The notes under the pieces are model-generated. The model had not been told where the DNA came from. It made no database searches and was given only the letters and a program-made list of their open reading frames with translations. This document shows positions 54,901-63,776 of a stretch of DNA of 64,000 nucleotides, piece by piece; position 1 is the first letter of the stretch; every line of letters starts with the position of its first letter. The translations under genes and the position numbers were made by a program. This stretch comes from Eledone cirrhosa. Lineage: Eukaryota. Location: contig OZ024748.1 in NCBI GenBank assembly GCA_964016885.1, positions 21,700,001-21,764,000 of the forward strand, read 5' to 3'.

Positions 54901-57266
54901 AGGGAGTTTGGAAAAAGGAGCAAGATGAAAACTATCAGTAACATGTTGTAAATTAGGAACAGGTTGTTGCCTGAGGGGGAATGCTGGTTCACCCCATTTA
55001 GGAGCTTGCATTTGATTAACTAACGGAAACATATTTTGGGAAGAATTGTGTCCTTTTAAATAAACCATTATTGTATTGTTCTGTATTAAAACATTAAAAC
55101 ATCGAAATTCAGGCAACTTAAAAAGTTCTTCAAAATTACTGACATTATAATCTTGAAAGTTAAATGGGGACTTTTGATATTTTCTATTATAGAATTCCAT
55201 CAATTGATGCAGTGATAAACCCTGGGGTGAGTTCACAACAATGTCACAGAATCTTTGTCTAACTTCAACTAGAGATGGTTTTGATGGGTCACTTCGTATA
55301 GTTTCATTAAGTGATGGAAAATTATATATGTTGTCTCCTAAGTAGGATGAGCTTTTCTCAGCAGATGGTTCATTGGAATCACTTGAAGTTTTCTTTTTTA
55401 CATATAGTTCATTCTTTTCAGCCACCTCTATCACCACATCAGAAAGTTGTTTCAGGAATTCATATAAATTATTGAAACCATAATCTTTAGGGTTGATAAC
55501 ATGTCCTTGCCTCTCAGCCACTTTATCCCAAAAATGTTCACGTTTTATTTTACCCTTGTGTTTATCAAGAGCTTCACATATGACCTTTTTAAGATCTTCA
55601 AAACTGGGTTTATTTACCATTCTGGTTTTATTAACTGGAAAGAAAAAGAAAAATTCAATTCAATGAAAGGAAAAAAATATGTCAACTGGAAAAAAAAAAA
55701 AAAAAAAAGATTTAAAAGAACCAATTGTAGAAAGTTGACTTAACATTTCAGTAACTCATGAATAGCTGGTGATGAATTCACTGAAGTTGCTTAAGTTTCT
55801 ATACCAAACTTCTGCTATTAAAGTTAATTGGTGTTATTGATGTATGGGTGTGTTTAGATGATAATAAAGATTTGAGAACCGTGACCTCTGGCATCACGCA
55901 GTAATACAGAAGACCCGACTTCCCACGAGTACAAGCCGAAGCTGAAGCATAATAGAAAATATCCACCCCACCCCCCACGCAAAGTGATCATGGAGGTGTC
56001 ACAACAAAAAAAATCACCCAGTCCACACTATAAAGTGGTCGTGTAGGCGCCATGGTAAAAAGGCACCCAGTACTCACTATAAATGAAGTTGGTGTTAGGA
56101 AGGGCATCCAGCTGTAAAAATGAAGCCAAAATCAGTTCCCATATGAGCAAGACAAGGTCACCCGACCTGGCATTGCCCACAACAGGACAATCCATCTAAC
56201 CCACGCTAGCGTGGAAGAATGGACATAAATCGGTGATGATGATGATGAGGGTGGGATTGTTCTTCTATAGTTATTACTTGATATACATATTGATAGAAAT
56301 CATTTAGCTTCAAGCTTAAATATGCTGCTGCTGTTGTTTATTCCTCCTCATTGAATAATGCTTCTTACATAATTCCACTGACTGCTACAATTCTATGTTA
56401 TGTATTCATCTTTTCTAAGATATAATGTTCAACTACACTCTATAATTTTCATCTGTACAATTACAGAACATTCTCCTCAAAATTTTCTCATCATTCTGTG
56501 GCCTCAGCCCAAATACACTCAATGATAATTTCCAAGTAGGTCTGTCACTCAATGCATTGCCAAGATCCCAAACATCAATACCAGAGTCTCTGACTATGAT
56601 ATCTGGATAGGAAAGCTTGTGACCTCTTTGGTTTTTGACAGATGTTGGTTTCCTAAGCACCAAAGGAGACAGTTTCATTTCATATGATAATTTTCTAGTC
56701 TATACTGTTTATCTTTCGTATTAAAAAAAAGTTAAAAGTTTAAAACACTTTCACATGTTTCCACTCCTTTGCTGTCTTAATGTCTGCCTGTTTGACTACA
56801 ACAGATAAAATTTCATTTCAACATATGTATCCTGGTTTTTTTTAGAACAGGTATACTGTGTCTCTGCATAGACAAGTAAAAAATAAAGGCTATTGTTTGG
56901 AGAGTGAAATTGATAAGTAGTATGTATCATTAACACTTTCTTTTAAAAACTATAACATTTTGGTTGGAACTTCTCTTCTCACAAAAGTATCATATAGAAA
57001 GTAACAAATATTTACAAACCTGATTTTAACTTCACATATGAAATATTATTCTCTGAAACAATTTCAAGATTTTCATAAAAATCAAATAATTCATTCATAT
57101 TAGTCACACCATATCTGACTTTTGATCCAATTCCTTTTATATTACGGTTCACAATATCCCAAAAATGAGATTTTTCTACACCATGTGGATGCTGTTTCAG
57201 GAGATTTACAATCTCCTGATTCAGCCACATCCTTTTCTGTTCCATCAGAGATGATGCATTTTCCAT
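12441..57266 (-). CDS. NOV: NO VEIN-like / sacsin-like giant protein: LOTUS-like x3, GHKL ATPase, DUF3883 nuclease-like C-terminus (33 coding exons, about 2909 aa)
   Basis: Exons 5'->3': 57266-57020, 55634-54286, 54178-53725, 52719-52538, 52041-51907, 51634-51477, 49764-49565, 48790-48536, 47929-47838, 46682-46452, 44361-44217, 43664-43191, 41455-41302, 39687-39552, 38420-38289, 37429-37349, 36457-36385, 32908-32796, 32458-32299, 31958-31722, 30508-30302, 29873-29692, 28253-28052, 27084-26933, 24906-23694, 22561-22323, 22031-21844, 21753-21575, 20944-20831, 18522-18271, 16991-16902, 15380-15189, 12952-12441. All junctions are phase-compatible; total 8730 nt. Motifs: [59 protein letters not shown]...IEVKST. 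Confidence 0.9.
13691..14833 (+). mobile_element. RTE-clade LINE 3' fragment with 3'UTR and (GAT)n tail
   Basis: [15 protein letters not shown]-like CxxC...[21 protein letters not shown]; 3'UTR recurs at 55880-56250. Confidence 0.88.
15189..15380 (-). CDS. NOV-like exon 32 (bipartite NLS-like RRKR...KAKR)
   Basis: tag / gtaaga; phase 1-1. Confidence 0.75.
16510..16820 (-). mobile_element. CR1-type LINE 3' end
   Basis: reverse complement of 50520-50810; another copy at 20220-20710. Confidence 0.8.
16902..16991 (-). CDS. NOV-like exon 31
   Basis: cag / gtgagt; phase 1-1, open frame. Confidence 0.65.
18271..18522 (-). CDS. NOV-like exon 30 ([15 protein letters not shown] repeats)
   Basis: tag / gtacat (weak donor); phase 1-1. 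Confidence 0.7.
19366..19688. repeat. Imperfect inverted repeat, about 126-bp arms
   Basis: 19366-19491 vs 19563-19688. Confidence 0.88.
19412..19502 (-). ncRNA. Degenerate type I hammerhead motif with long stem II
   Basis: UUCAU-CUGAAGA-..GUUCCC...GGGAAC..-GAAA-uacuuaca-AUGAA; the opposite arm keeps GAAA-UAAUUA-UA|AUGAA. Confidence 0.5.
20220..20710 (-). mobile_element. CR1-type LINE 3' fragment
   Basis: homologous to 50220-50810. Confidence 0.75.
20831..20944 (-). CDS. NOV-like exon 29 (HSWPPASP)
   Basis: tag / gttagt; phase 1-1. Confidence 0.72.
21215..21545 (-). mobile_element. RTE-clade LINE 3' fragment
   Basis: near-identical to 6245-6600. Confidence 0.8.
21575..21753 (-). CDS. NOV-like exon 28 (LPSDEIPW)
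   Basis: cag / gtaagt. Confidence 0.83.
21844..22031 (-). CDS. NOV-like exon 27
   Basis: tag / gtaagt; open frame VQELEVWY...IARYF. Confidence 0.83.
22323..22561 (-). CDS. NOV-like exon 26
   Basis: tag / gttagt; within ORF 22215..22526. Confidence 0.85.
22605..23045. repeat. About 41-bp minisatellite, about 11 copies
   Basis: aaatgtattttagtcatatagtcaaaggtgaacatatatat. Confidence 0.9.
23694..24906 (-). CDS. NOV-like exon 25 (large)
   Basis: 404-aa ORF; tag / gtaagt. Confidence 0.92.
25050..26560. repeat. 27-bp minisatellite, about 55 copies
   Basis: aaaatatagttttataataaagtggt(c/t). Confidence 0.95.
26933..27084 (-). CDS. NOV-like exon 24
   Basis: tag / gtaagt; WILLSDVYL...[13 protein letters not shown]. 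Confidence 0.85.
27645..27842. repeat. 48-50-bp tandem repeat, 4 copies
   Basis: cagttacgacattgtccccagtaagttagtaccaacattatcactaag. Confidence 0.85.
28052..28253 (-). CDS. NOV-like exon 23
   Basis: cag / gtaaga; TNKG...IHFTPSYGN. Confidence 0.86.
28458..28493 (+). ncRNA. Degenerate paralogue of the 63379 hammerhead
   Basis: tcttctgatgaagaactaacgtccaaaatgttaaga within a ~250-bp homology to 63270-63510. Confidence 0.55.
28529..28722. repeat. Inverted repeat centred on (TA)n
   Basis: ttccttccatatactgtaccgattgtgtt... vs ...aacacaatcggtacagtatatggaaggaa. Confidence 0.85.
29267..29324 (-). ncRNA. Type I hammerhead ribozyme motif
   Basis: CCGU-CUGAAGA-GCUUAGG CUAUC uuaacu GAUAG u CCUCAGU-GAAA-UAUGUA-UA|ACGG. 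Confidence 0.7.
29692..29873 (-). CDS. NOV-like exon 22
   Basis: tag / gtcagc; IINHHILP. Confidence 0.83.
30020..30300. repeat. About 60-bp tandem repeat abutting the exon 21 donor
   Basis: atctggtctttaaagacatctggtgaaatatataatagtacatgttgatagctac. Confidence 0.8.
30302..30508 (-). CDS. NOV-like exon 21
   Basis: tag / gtaagt; [16 protein letters not shown]. Confidence 0.87.
31505..31702 (+). mobile_element. piggyBac-type MITE
   Basis: same family, TTAA flanks. Confidence 0.82.
31722..31958 (-). CDS. NOV-like exon 20 (ends at GC donor)
   Basis: tag acceptor; CAG/gcaagt donor gives the required phase 1. Confidence 0.82.
32299..32458 (-). CDS. NOV-like exon 19
   Basis: tag / gtaagt. Confidence 0.87.
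32796..32908 (-). CDS. NOV-like exon 18 (DFDLPSNRE...WNQWL)
   Basis: tag / gtaagg. Confidence 0.9.
33158..35908 (+). mobile_element. Full-length decayed piggyBac DNA transposon
   Basis: TTAA on both sides (33154-57, 35909-12); ends CCCTTTAG... and ...CTAAAAGG; splits a SINE tail (gacattaa|acgatgatgat). Confidence 0.9.
33424..35078 (+). pseudogene. piggyBac (PGBD4-like) transposase pseudogene
   Basis: [54 protein letters not shown] and a C-terminal Cys-rich knuckle; interrupted by stops and frameshifts. Confidence 0.9.
36385..36457 (-). CDS. NOV-like exon 17 ([19 protein letters not shown])
   Basis: cag / gtagat. Confidence 0.9.
37349..37429 (-). CDS. NOV-like exon 16 (STEIALAFP)
   Basis: cag / gtttgt. 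Confidence 0.85.
37535..38265 (+). mobile_element. RTE-clade LINE RT fragment (decayed)
   Basis: [27 protein letters not shown]. Confidence 0.85.
38289..38420 (-). CDS. NOV-like exon 15
   Basis: cag / gtatga; open frame. Confidence 0.82.
39247..39443. mobile_element. Mariner-type MITE (second copy at about 32555-32738)
   Basis: TIRs GTTGGCTGAAAAGTTCATAGGCTGAC / GTCAGCCTATGAACTTTTCCGCCAAC. Confidence 0.75.
39552..39687 (-). CDS. NOV-like exon 14 (WVTKIILPL...[11 protein letters not shown])
   Basis: tag / gtaagt; sacsin-type LLFL motif. Confidence 0.9.
40186..41197 (+). mobile_element. RTE-clade LINE 3' fragment
   Basis: [22 protein letters not shown]; tail ggacgtaaaatgatgatg. Confidence 0.9.
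41302..41455 (-). CDS. NOV-like exon 13 (GHKL G2 box [11 protein letters not shown])
   Basis: tag / gtttgt. Confidence 0.93.
42038..42405. repeat. 53-bp minisatellite derived from the SINE AGGAAGGGCATCC domain, about 7 copies
   Basis: aggaaagacatccagctgtagaaaccaagccaaaatacagatctatatgatat. Confidence 0.9.
42548..42715. repeat. 39-40-bp tandem repeat, 4 copies
   Basis: tctatcttatttaggatttaatacaatatacatgtggtc. Confidence 0.85.
42924..43126 (+). mobile_element. piggyBac-type MITE
   Basis: same family, TTAA flanks. Confidence 0.8.
43191..43664 (-). CDS. NOV-like exon 12 (GHKL N-box [19 protein letters not shown])
   Basis: cag / gtgagt; sacsin-type ATPase motifs. Confidence 0.93.
44217..44361 (-). 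CDS. NOV-like exon 11 (acidic)
   Basis: tag / gtaatc; phases fit both neighbours. Confidence 0.78.
45183..45376. mobile_element. pogo/Tc1-type MITE (second copy at 52282-52475)
   Basis: TA-CCATATATACTTGAATATAAGC...GCTTATATTCGAATATATAGG-TA. Confidence 0.75.
46452..46682 (-). CDS. NOV-like exon 10
   Basis: aag / gtaggt; [10 protein letters not shown]. Confidence 0.85.
47838..47929 (-). CDS. NOV-like exon 9
   Basis: tag / gtgaga; [10 protein letters not shown]. Confidence 0.83.
48536..48790 (-). CDS. NOV-like exon 8
   Basis: cag / gtaagt; within ORF 48489..48761. Confidence 0.85.
49565..49764 (-). CDS. NOV-like exon 7
   Basis: cag / gtatgt; [24 protein letters not shown]. Confidence 0.88.
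49870..50812 (+). mobile_element. CR1-clade LINE 3' fragment
   Basis: [40 protein letters not shown]. Confidence 0.9.
51477..51634 (-). CDS. NOV-like exon 6
   Basis: cag / gtaaaa; IENALCHHY...VFYEAAL. Confidence 0.8.
51907..52041 (-). CDS. NOV-like exon 5
   Basis: tag / gtaagt; open frame ILDEAG...SCTTQ. Confidence 0.8.
52538..52719 (-). CDS. NOV-like exon 4
   Basis: cag / gtaagt; [13 protein letters not shown]. Confidence 0.85.
52747..53100. mobile_element. Tigger/pogo-type MITE
   Basis: TA-CAGTATACCCCTGG...CCAGGGGATAACTG-TA. Confidence 0.72.
53725..54178 (-). CDS. NOV-like exon 3
   Basis: within ORF 53654..54229; cag / gtaaga. Confidence 0.88.
54286..55634 (-). CDS. NOV-like exon 2 (LOTUS-like domains 2-3, start of NOV N-terminal region)
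   Basis: 452-aa ORF; cag / gtaagg. Confidence 0.92.
57020..57266 (-). CDS. NOV-like exon 1 (start ATG; LOTUS-like domain 1)
   Basis: AAAATGG start 11 nt after a cag acceptor at 57277; G/gtttgt donor. Confidence 0.8.
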
Positions 57267-57598
57267 TTTTAATGTTACTGAAATATGAGAAATTATGGAT
57301 TAAAATTTAGAAGAGATTATACTTAGTGATGGAAGTCAAATAATTTAGTGCTTTTGGCCAGTATACAAGCTTTATATTGATAGAAGACAATGGTGAGATA
57401 AGTGGGAGTTACAAGCATATTAAAATACACAAATAATGTAATTTTCTAGAAAACAATTCAGAATTTCTATATGTAAAAAAAATGAATACTAGTGTAATGT
57501 AAAACTACAAACATTATACATGAGATGTGTCCTGATCCACCTGAAAGGTTGATTGCACTGATTTAGAACTGACTTGGTTGGTGAGGACCTACACAACT

Positions 57599-58227
57599 CA
57601 GTGTTTCACAACGTGGGCGGTGGGAGTTTTTATTTCATTGGGGGGGGGGGGGGTGAATATACTCAGGTGAGCAGTAGGCATTTATCCATTTTTTCCCTTC
57701 AAATCTTTTTCTTTCAAATTTTCAAAAATTAAAAAAACACTTTTTCCACTTTGGCGACACGAAGCGAATTCCTGGCACCGTGTGTAACTAGTGTCGCTAA
57801 AGTGAAACCCCCAAAACAAAAACAAAAAGCAGATAAATGGTGATACGACTAAAAAAAGAAAGAAAAAAAAACAATGAATAAAAGCGAAAAGCTGAATGTG
57901 AGTATTTATGTGTACATAAATATATAAGGAATGGTGGTCAAAATTTTGGATGAAACTGGCTTTTGAGAGTGGCTGTGTTTGTATGTATATGATTGCGTGT
58001 ATGTGAGTGTCTTGCCATTTTGAATTCCTTTCTGTGATTTAACTTAAATTGACCCCTTGCGATTAAAGGTCCAACCACACACGCACACACATTTGTTTTA
58101 GGGTTTGTACCCATTTGATGTAAGATGAATTCAGTATCTTATTTGAAATTTATTTTGACAGAGAGTCGTTGACAAAAAAGTTTGCGCCCAAAGGGGGCAC
58201 TGGCTGAAAAAGGGTTGGGTAACACTG
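57599..58227. mobile_element. hAT(Charlie)-like non-autonomous element
   Basis: CAGTGTTTCACAAC...GTTGGGTAACACTG ends; no TSD visible. Confidence 0.55.
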
Positions 58228-60628
58228 GGTTAGACAAGCTGTCATATTATGAGCTGTCATATTACAAGATGACGTCTTGTTCATCATACATTCTATTTTT
58301 GCCTTGGTTTTCTACTGCTGGATGAACGTGAAGCACTTTACAGTGTGTAGTCACTGCCACTACTACTCTTCAGAGTAGACTGGCTGTTATTTTTTCTTGT
58401 GGCACCAGTACAACCCCCTTTAGAGGGTGTAGTGGGTACTTTTTGTCATGGCACTAGCACGACCACCTAATCTCAATCAAATTGTAGATTTGTGTTTAAT
58501 GTCCATGACATCATTATTCAAAACTTTGTTTACATACACAGAATATTGAAAATATATAAAAATAGACAAAGAAAAGGCTCAAGATTTTTTTAAATAAATC
58601 ACAAATAAATCAGTTTTATTCTATTATCGGCCACATAAGACTTTGGTCTATACCAATGCCTTAGAATTTACGATTTTAACTAAACGGGAGTGGAGGGAAA
58701 TATGAACAGTGCAGGGGTAATTTGAAAGCATAATCAGGTTACCCAATGTAAGGTAATATGGAAGGGAGGTAACTTCGAGACCTTACAACGATTTACCTTT
58801 AATGAAGGTGATTATGAAGAGAACAAATACGAAGTAATTTATACGTAGTAAAATAGTAAACAAGTTATAACAGGATTTCAAAATAAATACAAATAAAGTG
58901 TGCGTGAATGCGCATGCACAAAAAAAAAAAAAAATAAACGAGGCAGTCAAATACCTGTTTTCTATAGTTACAGACGAAAGTGAAGCGCTAAATTCAAAGT
59001 TCAGTTCACTTTACCTCTCATAGAGAATCCATATATATATACAACTAATACTGCATTAGAAATAGGATTAAAAATCTTATTTTAGGGTACTATAAAGATG
59101 AAAGTGAACGAACGAAAGAAATTACTTTTTTCTAGCACGCTAAAACCAGAATATATTTCAACCCTTTGTCAACTGACTCCATTACAAGGTTCAATAAAGT
59201 CCTACTTTGAAATGCTGTTATACTGGTTAACAAGAGTCACATTGATTTAATGTTTATCAACCTAAACAATGACAGGATATCAAAAGCATAATCGAGAATG
59301 TGAATAATTTCATGATCGAATAAAAATTTAAACCTTTTCCTTACTTTCGTTATTTAATTTTTTTCCCTCTTTCTTTTTCTTATTGCAAACATTATATAGC
59401 CGAATTGAAATTTGTCGAATAAATATAAGGTGTTCACACTATATCATTTTAGATGGGTTCATGTAGGGTATATCTAAGGTGCACCTCGTGCACAAAATGA
59501 TGAAAGCAATGACAGAAAAACTCGCAACTCACAAGGCACCTTCCTTAGGCTGGATGCACTCCTCTCAATTATGCAGAAGAAAAAACGGCAATTCGGAAAC
59601 GGGGGGCACAAAGAGGTGCATTTGACATTTTTTTTTATGTATTCTAGAGATATACAAATTCACTTCTCGTATTTATTTATTTATTTTAATTTAATATTCA
59701 CGTTCAGTAATAAAAACATTTTTTGTCGTCTCTTAATTTTCACATTTCTATAATGAAAATATGTACATTCTCAAACTGATATCCTTACTATAGTGACTAA
59801 CATAAGGTTAGTGACGACAGTAAATTGTTTTGTGAGCGGTTTTGGTCAGTTAAGTGCTGTTTCTGTCGCTACACATACAACATTAATAAACCGGATTCAA
59901 ACTAAAACTACTTCAGTGAATTAATTAACCACAAAATCACAGACGCGCTGTCTCCTTAGATGAAACAGATTAACGGTTTACATCGATACGCGTGGGTTAG
60001 GAATATATTATATACTGAGCTATACAAGTTTTCTGTCTGTTTTAAGAAGAGAGGAAGAAATGGAGCGTGAGGCTGGCAACCTTACCTCCATTAATCAAAT
60101 TATAACAGAAACGACAAAGAGATACCTGGTTTGGGAGCAGGCCCCCGTGACAAGGCTTTGCAACCGTGGGGAATGGAGATCTCTCATCGCCTATTGCTAC
60201 ATGAGTAGTATACTAAACCATATACTAACTAGCAGCAACTATCTCTACATCAATCTTTCACTTTCTCTAACTGTTCACTCAACAATTCATCCAATCCTTC
60301 TCTTCTAAAAGTGCAATCAACTAGAACTCGTTCTTCACTCACTGAACATTAGCCGCATTAATTTGATTAACCTGCGTAGAGGCTGAAAGAGTTTCTTTGG
60401 GGGGGGGGGGGGATTAGGTGGAAAAGTCATGGCCACTGCCTGCATTCTACCTAATGAAAACAAAAAGTTATATATACATACATACATATGCGGTGTGCGT
60501 GTGTATATATGTGTGTACATATATATATATGTATATATATATTGTATATATATATATATTATATATGTATATATATATTATATATATATGTGTGTGTGCG
60601 TATGTATGCGTATATATATGTTTGCATG

Positions 60629-60666
<38 letters not shown>

Positions 60667-61119
60667 GATTAACTTACCCAGATGCAAAGAGATGCTGATT
60701 TACATTAGTGATATATCCAAGAACATTAAGATTCCCAGTAAATTTAGTAATATTACCACTGTGTATATTAACAGTTCTAATTTATTCCATAATTGTTACT
60801 CTCCTTTTAACTTGTTCAGTAATATTATTCAGGATAGCGGTGGAAATTTCAAAAAGAACTAAAGATAAACACAATTGCGAACTTGTTACTTCCGCTATAA
60901 GCATCAACTTCCGCTTTCAGAATCAATTTCGTAATTTCTATAGTATCTGTTTAACAAATAGCGTGCAGCACACACACTGTGTGTGTGTGTGTGTGTGTGT
61001 GCATTTATATATATATATATATATATATACATGTAAAGTTATATTTAAAATTGTTGGGTTACAACTAGTAAATATTTATAACTGATATAAAAGCACTCGA
61101 CAAATATTTGGAGTATATT

Positions 61120-61488
61120 TACAATATTAAATAAATGGAAAACTATATTTATAAAACCATATCTATTTCATTATATATATTTCGGGGATATCATATTAAC
61201 AATATGCTATGCCTTCATCAGACAAAATACAATATAAACAGTTTTATAGATAAATATATTCGACATACCGTAATAAACATCAACTTCATTTGGAGAGGTT
61301 TACGCTAGCAGTAAACCTCTCCAAATGAAGTTGATGTTTATTACGGTATGTCGAATATATTTATCTATAAAACTGTTTATATTGTATTTTGTCTGATGAA
61401 GGCATAGCATATTGTTAATATGATATCCCCGAAATATATATAATGAAATAGATATGGTTTTATAAATATAGTTTTCCATTTATTTAAT

Positions 61489-61494
<6 letters not shown>
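61120..61494. repeat. Perfect inverted repeat, 184-bp arms, 7-nt spacer
   Basis: 61120-61303 is the reverse complement of 61311-61494. Confidence 0.92.
61385..61450 (+). ncRNA. Type I hammerhead ribozyme motif (mirror copy at 61164-61229 on - strand)
   Basis: UAUUUUGU-CUGAUGA-14-bp stem II-GAAA-UAUAUA-UA|AUGAAAUA. Confidence 0.68.
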
Positions 61495-61524
<30 letters not shown>

Positions 61525-61933
61525 ATCAAAAGATGGTTAAAGGAGTTCCATGTATTTTATTATGCGCATTTCAAAAACAAACATCATCATGCAATAATAT
61601 TTGTGTTTTCATCAGATAAAACAGGAGAACATGATGTGAAGGTGAAGGCTAAAAAACACTTGTGGATAGTGCAGTTTTAAATCAACATATGAAAAGTAGT
61701 TTTAGATTGATGTGTGATATTGGGGAAAATATTTTATTTAGAGAGGGGGGGGATGAAAAAAGGGGAGGAGATGAGAGTGAAGGTGGAGAGGGAGAGATGG
61801 GTGATAGAGAGAAAGAGATAGTTTTTATAACTGATCTTATATATTATGTATACTCCAGTCCTACAAACTGTAGAGTGCTTCTTATCCGATATCTGCATTG
61901 CTTTATTGTACTACAATAAAACTCACCTCCTAC

Positions 61934-61934
<1 letters not shown>

Positions 61935-61973
<39 letters not shown>

Positions 61974-62642
61974 TATATATATATACACACACACATATAT
62001 ATATATACATACACACATATATATATACACACATATATATATATATATGTATACACACATACATATATATATATATAAATACATACACACATATATATAT
62101 ATGTATACACACATACATATATAAACACACACACGTTTATATATATGCACACACACATATATATATACACACACATACATATATATATATACACACATAC
62201 ATACACACACACATATATATATATACACATATATATATATATGTATACACACATACATATATATATATAAATACATACACATATATATATGTATACACAC
62301 ATACATATATAAACACACACACGTTTATATATATGCACACACACATATATACACACACATACATATATTTACACATACATATATATATATACACACACAC
62401 ATATATATATATATGTATACACACATATATATATATATAAATACATACACATATATATATATGTATACACACATACATATATAAACACACACACGTATAT
62501 ATATATATGCACACACACACATATATATACACACACATACATATATTTACACATACATATATATATTTATACACACATATTTACACACACATATATATAT
62601 ATATATTTACACATACACACATATATATATATATTATATACA
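61935..62642. repeat. Compound (TA)n/(CA)n microsatellite
   Basis: direct; similar tracts at about 17365, 20160, 29165, 29525, 44425, 60470, 63000 and 63570. Confidence 0.95.
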
Positions 62643-62644
62643 TC

Positions 62645-62689
62645 TCTTATCTGATGACCTTATACAGGCGAAACTCCAGAGTAACAATA
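62645..62689 (+). ncRNA. Type I hammerhead ribozyme motif
   Basis: ucuuau-CUGAUGA-CCU uauac AGGc-GAAA-CUC ca GAG-UA|acaaua. Confidence 0.62.
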
Positions 62690-62874
62690 TTCGCTATTTA
62701 GCCTTAGTAAAACGAATATTTAAATTACTGGTTGAGAGAAAAGTACATATATATATTGTTATACTTTGGGAGGGTCATGCTGTCAATAAAAAACATACGC
62801 ACCTGTGTTTTCACTTCAATTTATTACACATTTCAGGCTGGTTAGTTTAATAACCGGATGGTTGTTCATTTATT

Positions 62875-62919
62875 GTCAAAGCTCTCTTTCGTCACACAAT
62901 CTGTGACCTCCTCAGTGAC
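62875..62919 (-). ncRNA. Type I hammerhead ribozyme motif
   Basis: GUCA-CUGAGGAG-GUCACA gauug UGUGAC-GAAA-gagagc-UU|UGAC. Confidence 0.68.
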
Positions 62920-63025
62920 CAATTTATTTTGTGTCGCTCCTTTGTTCTGACTTAACATTGAAAAAAAAAAAGACGAAAAACTGCGAATTATATTATGTAT
63001 ACACACACACACACACACACACATT

Positions 63026-63151
<126 letters not shown>

Positions 63152-63378
63152 AGTTCCAACAACAAATTAGCAAATCATACTTCAGTTCTTGAGTATGGTT
63201 TACTAATTTGTTGTGGAACTAACTATACCGAACTCGTCCACTGGACTCTACTTACTACGGAAATAACCTCCAGTTTTATTTTTACCTAAAAGATGTCAAC
63301 ATCTGTTATTTTTATCTAAAGACATTTTTTCCAAATCCACCCCGTCCGTCCCTTCAGTCTGTCTTATTCCTCATTCTT

Positions 63379-63414
63379 TCTTCTGATGAAAGACTAGCGT
63401 CCGAAACGTCAAGA
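63379..63414 (+). ncRNA. Minimal type I hammerhead ribozyme motif (Penelope-like)
   Basis: UCUU-CUGAUGAA-aGAC UAGC GUCc-GAAA-CG-UC|AAGA; stem I UCUU/AAGA. Confidence 0.78.
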
Positions 63415-63565
63415 CCTTCTTCCTGCTATTTTAAGCGTTAACCTAATATATTCATTCCATATACTGTACCTATTGTGTTGTTATTTCTGTTTACCTTTTA
63501 CATATATATATTTCTTTGTATATATATATATACACACACACAACTTACCTGTCTTCTTCAAGATC

Positions 63566-63614
<49 letters not shown>

Positions 63615-63635
63615 CATCCCTCATATATTCATTTG

Positions 63636-63671
<36 letters not shown>

Positions 63672-63682
63672 AAAAAATATGA

Positions 63683-63776
63683 CCCCGACGGCAGAGCTCA
63701 AGCCGTTTCGACGGCTATTTCTGGACTAAATTAGAATGTTTAGCCTGGTGAATAAATAGCCGAACTTTTCAAGGGG
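63683..63776 (-). ncRNA. Degenerate type I hammerhead motif
   Basis: CCCC-uUGAAaA-..CGGCUAUUU...AAAUAGCCGuc-GAAA-CGGC uugagcucu GCCG-UC|GGGG; core has two substitutions. Confidence 0.5.

Noticed and set aside
59953-59996. Additional hammerhead (tagatgaaac...gtttacatcgatacgcgt)
   Set aside because: Both core segments are too degenerate to support a call
61844-62701. YI/CV/HT-rich ORFs (also at 17.2, 29, 44.4, 60.4 and 63.5 kb)
   Set aside because: Dinucleotide microsatellite translations
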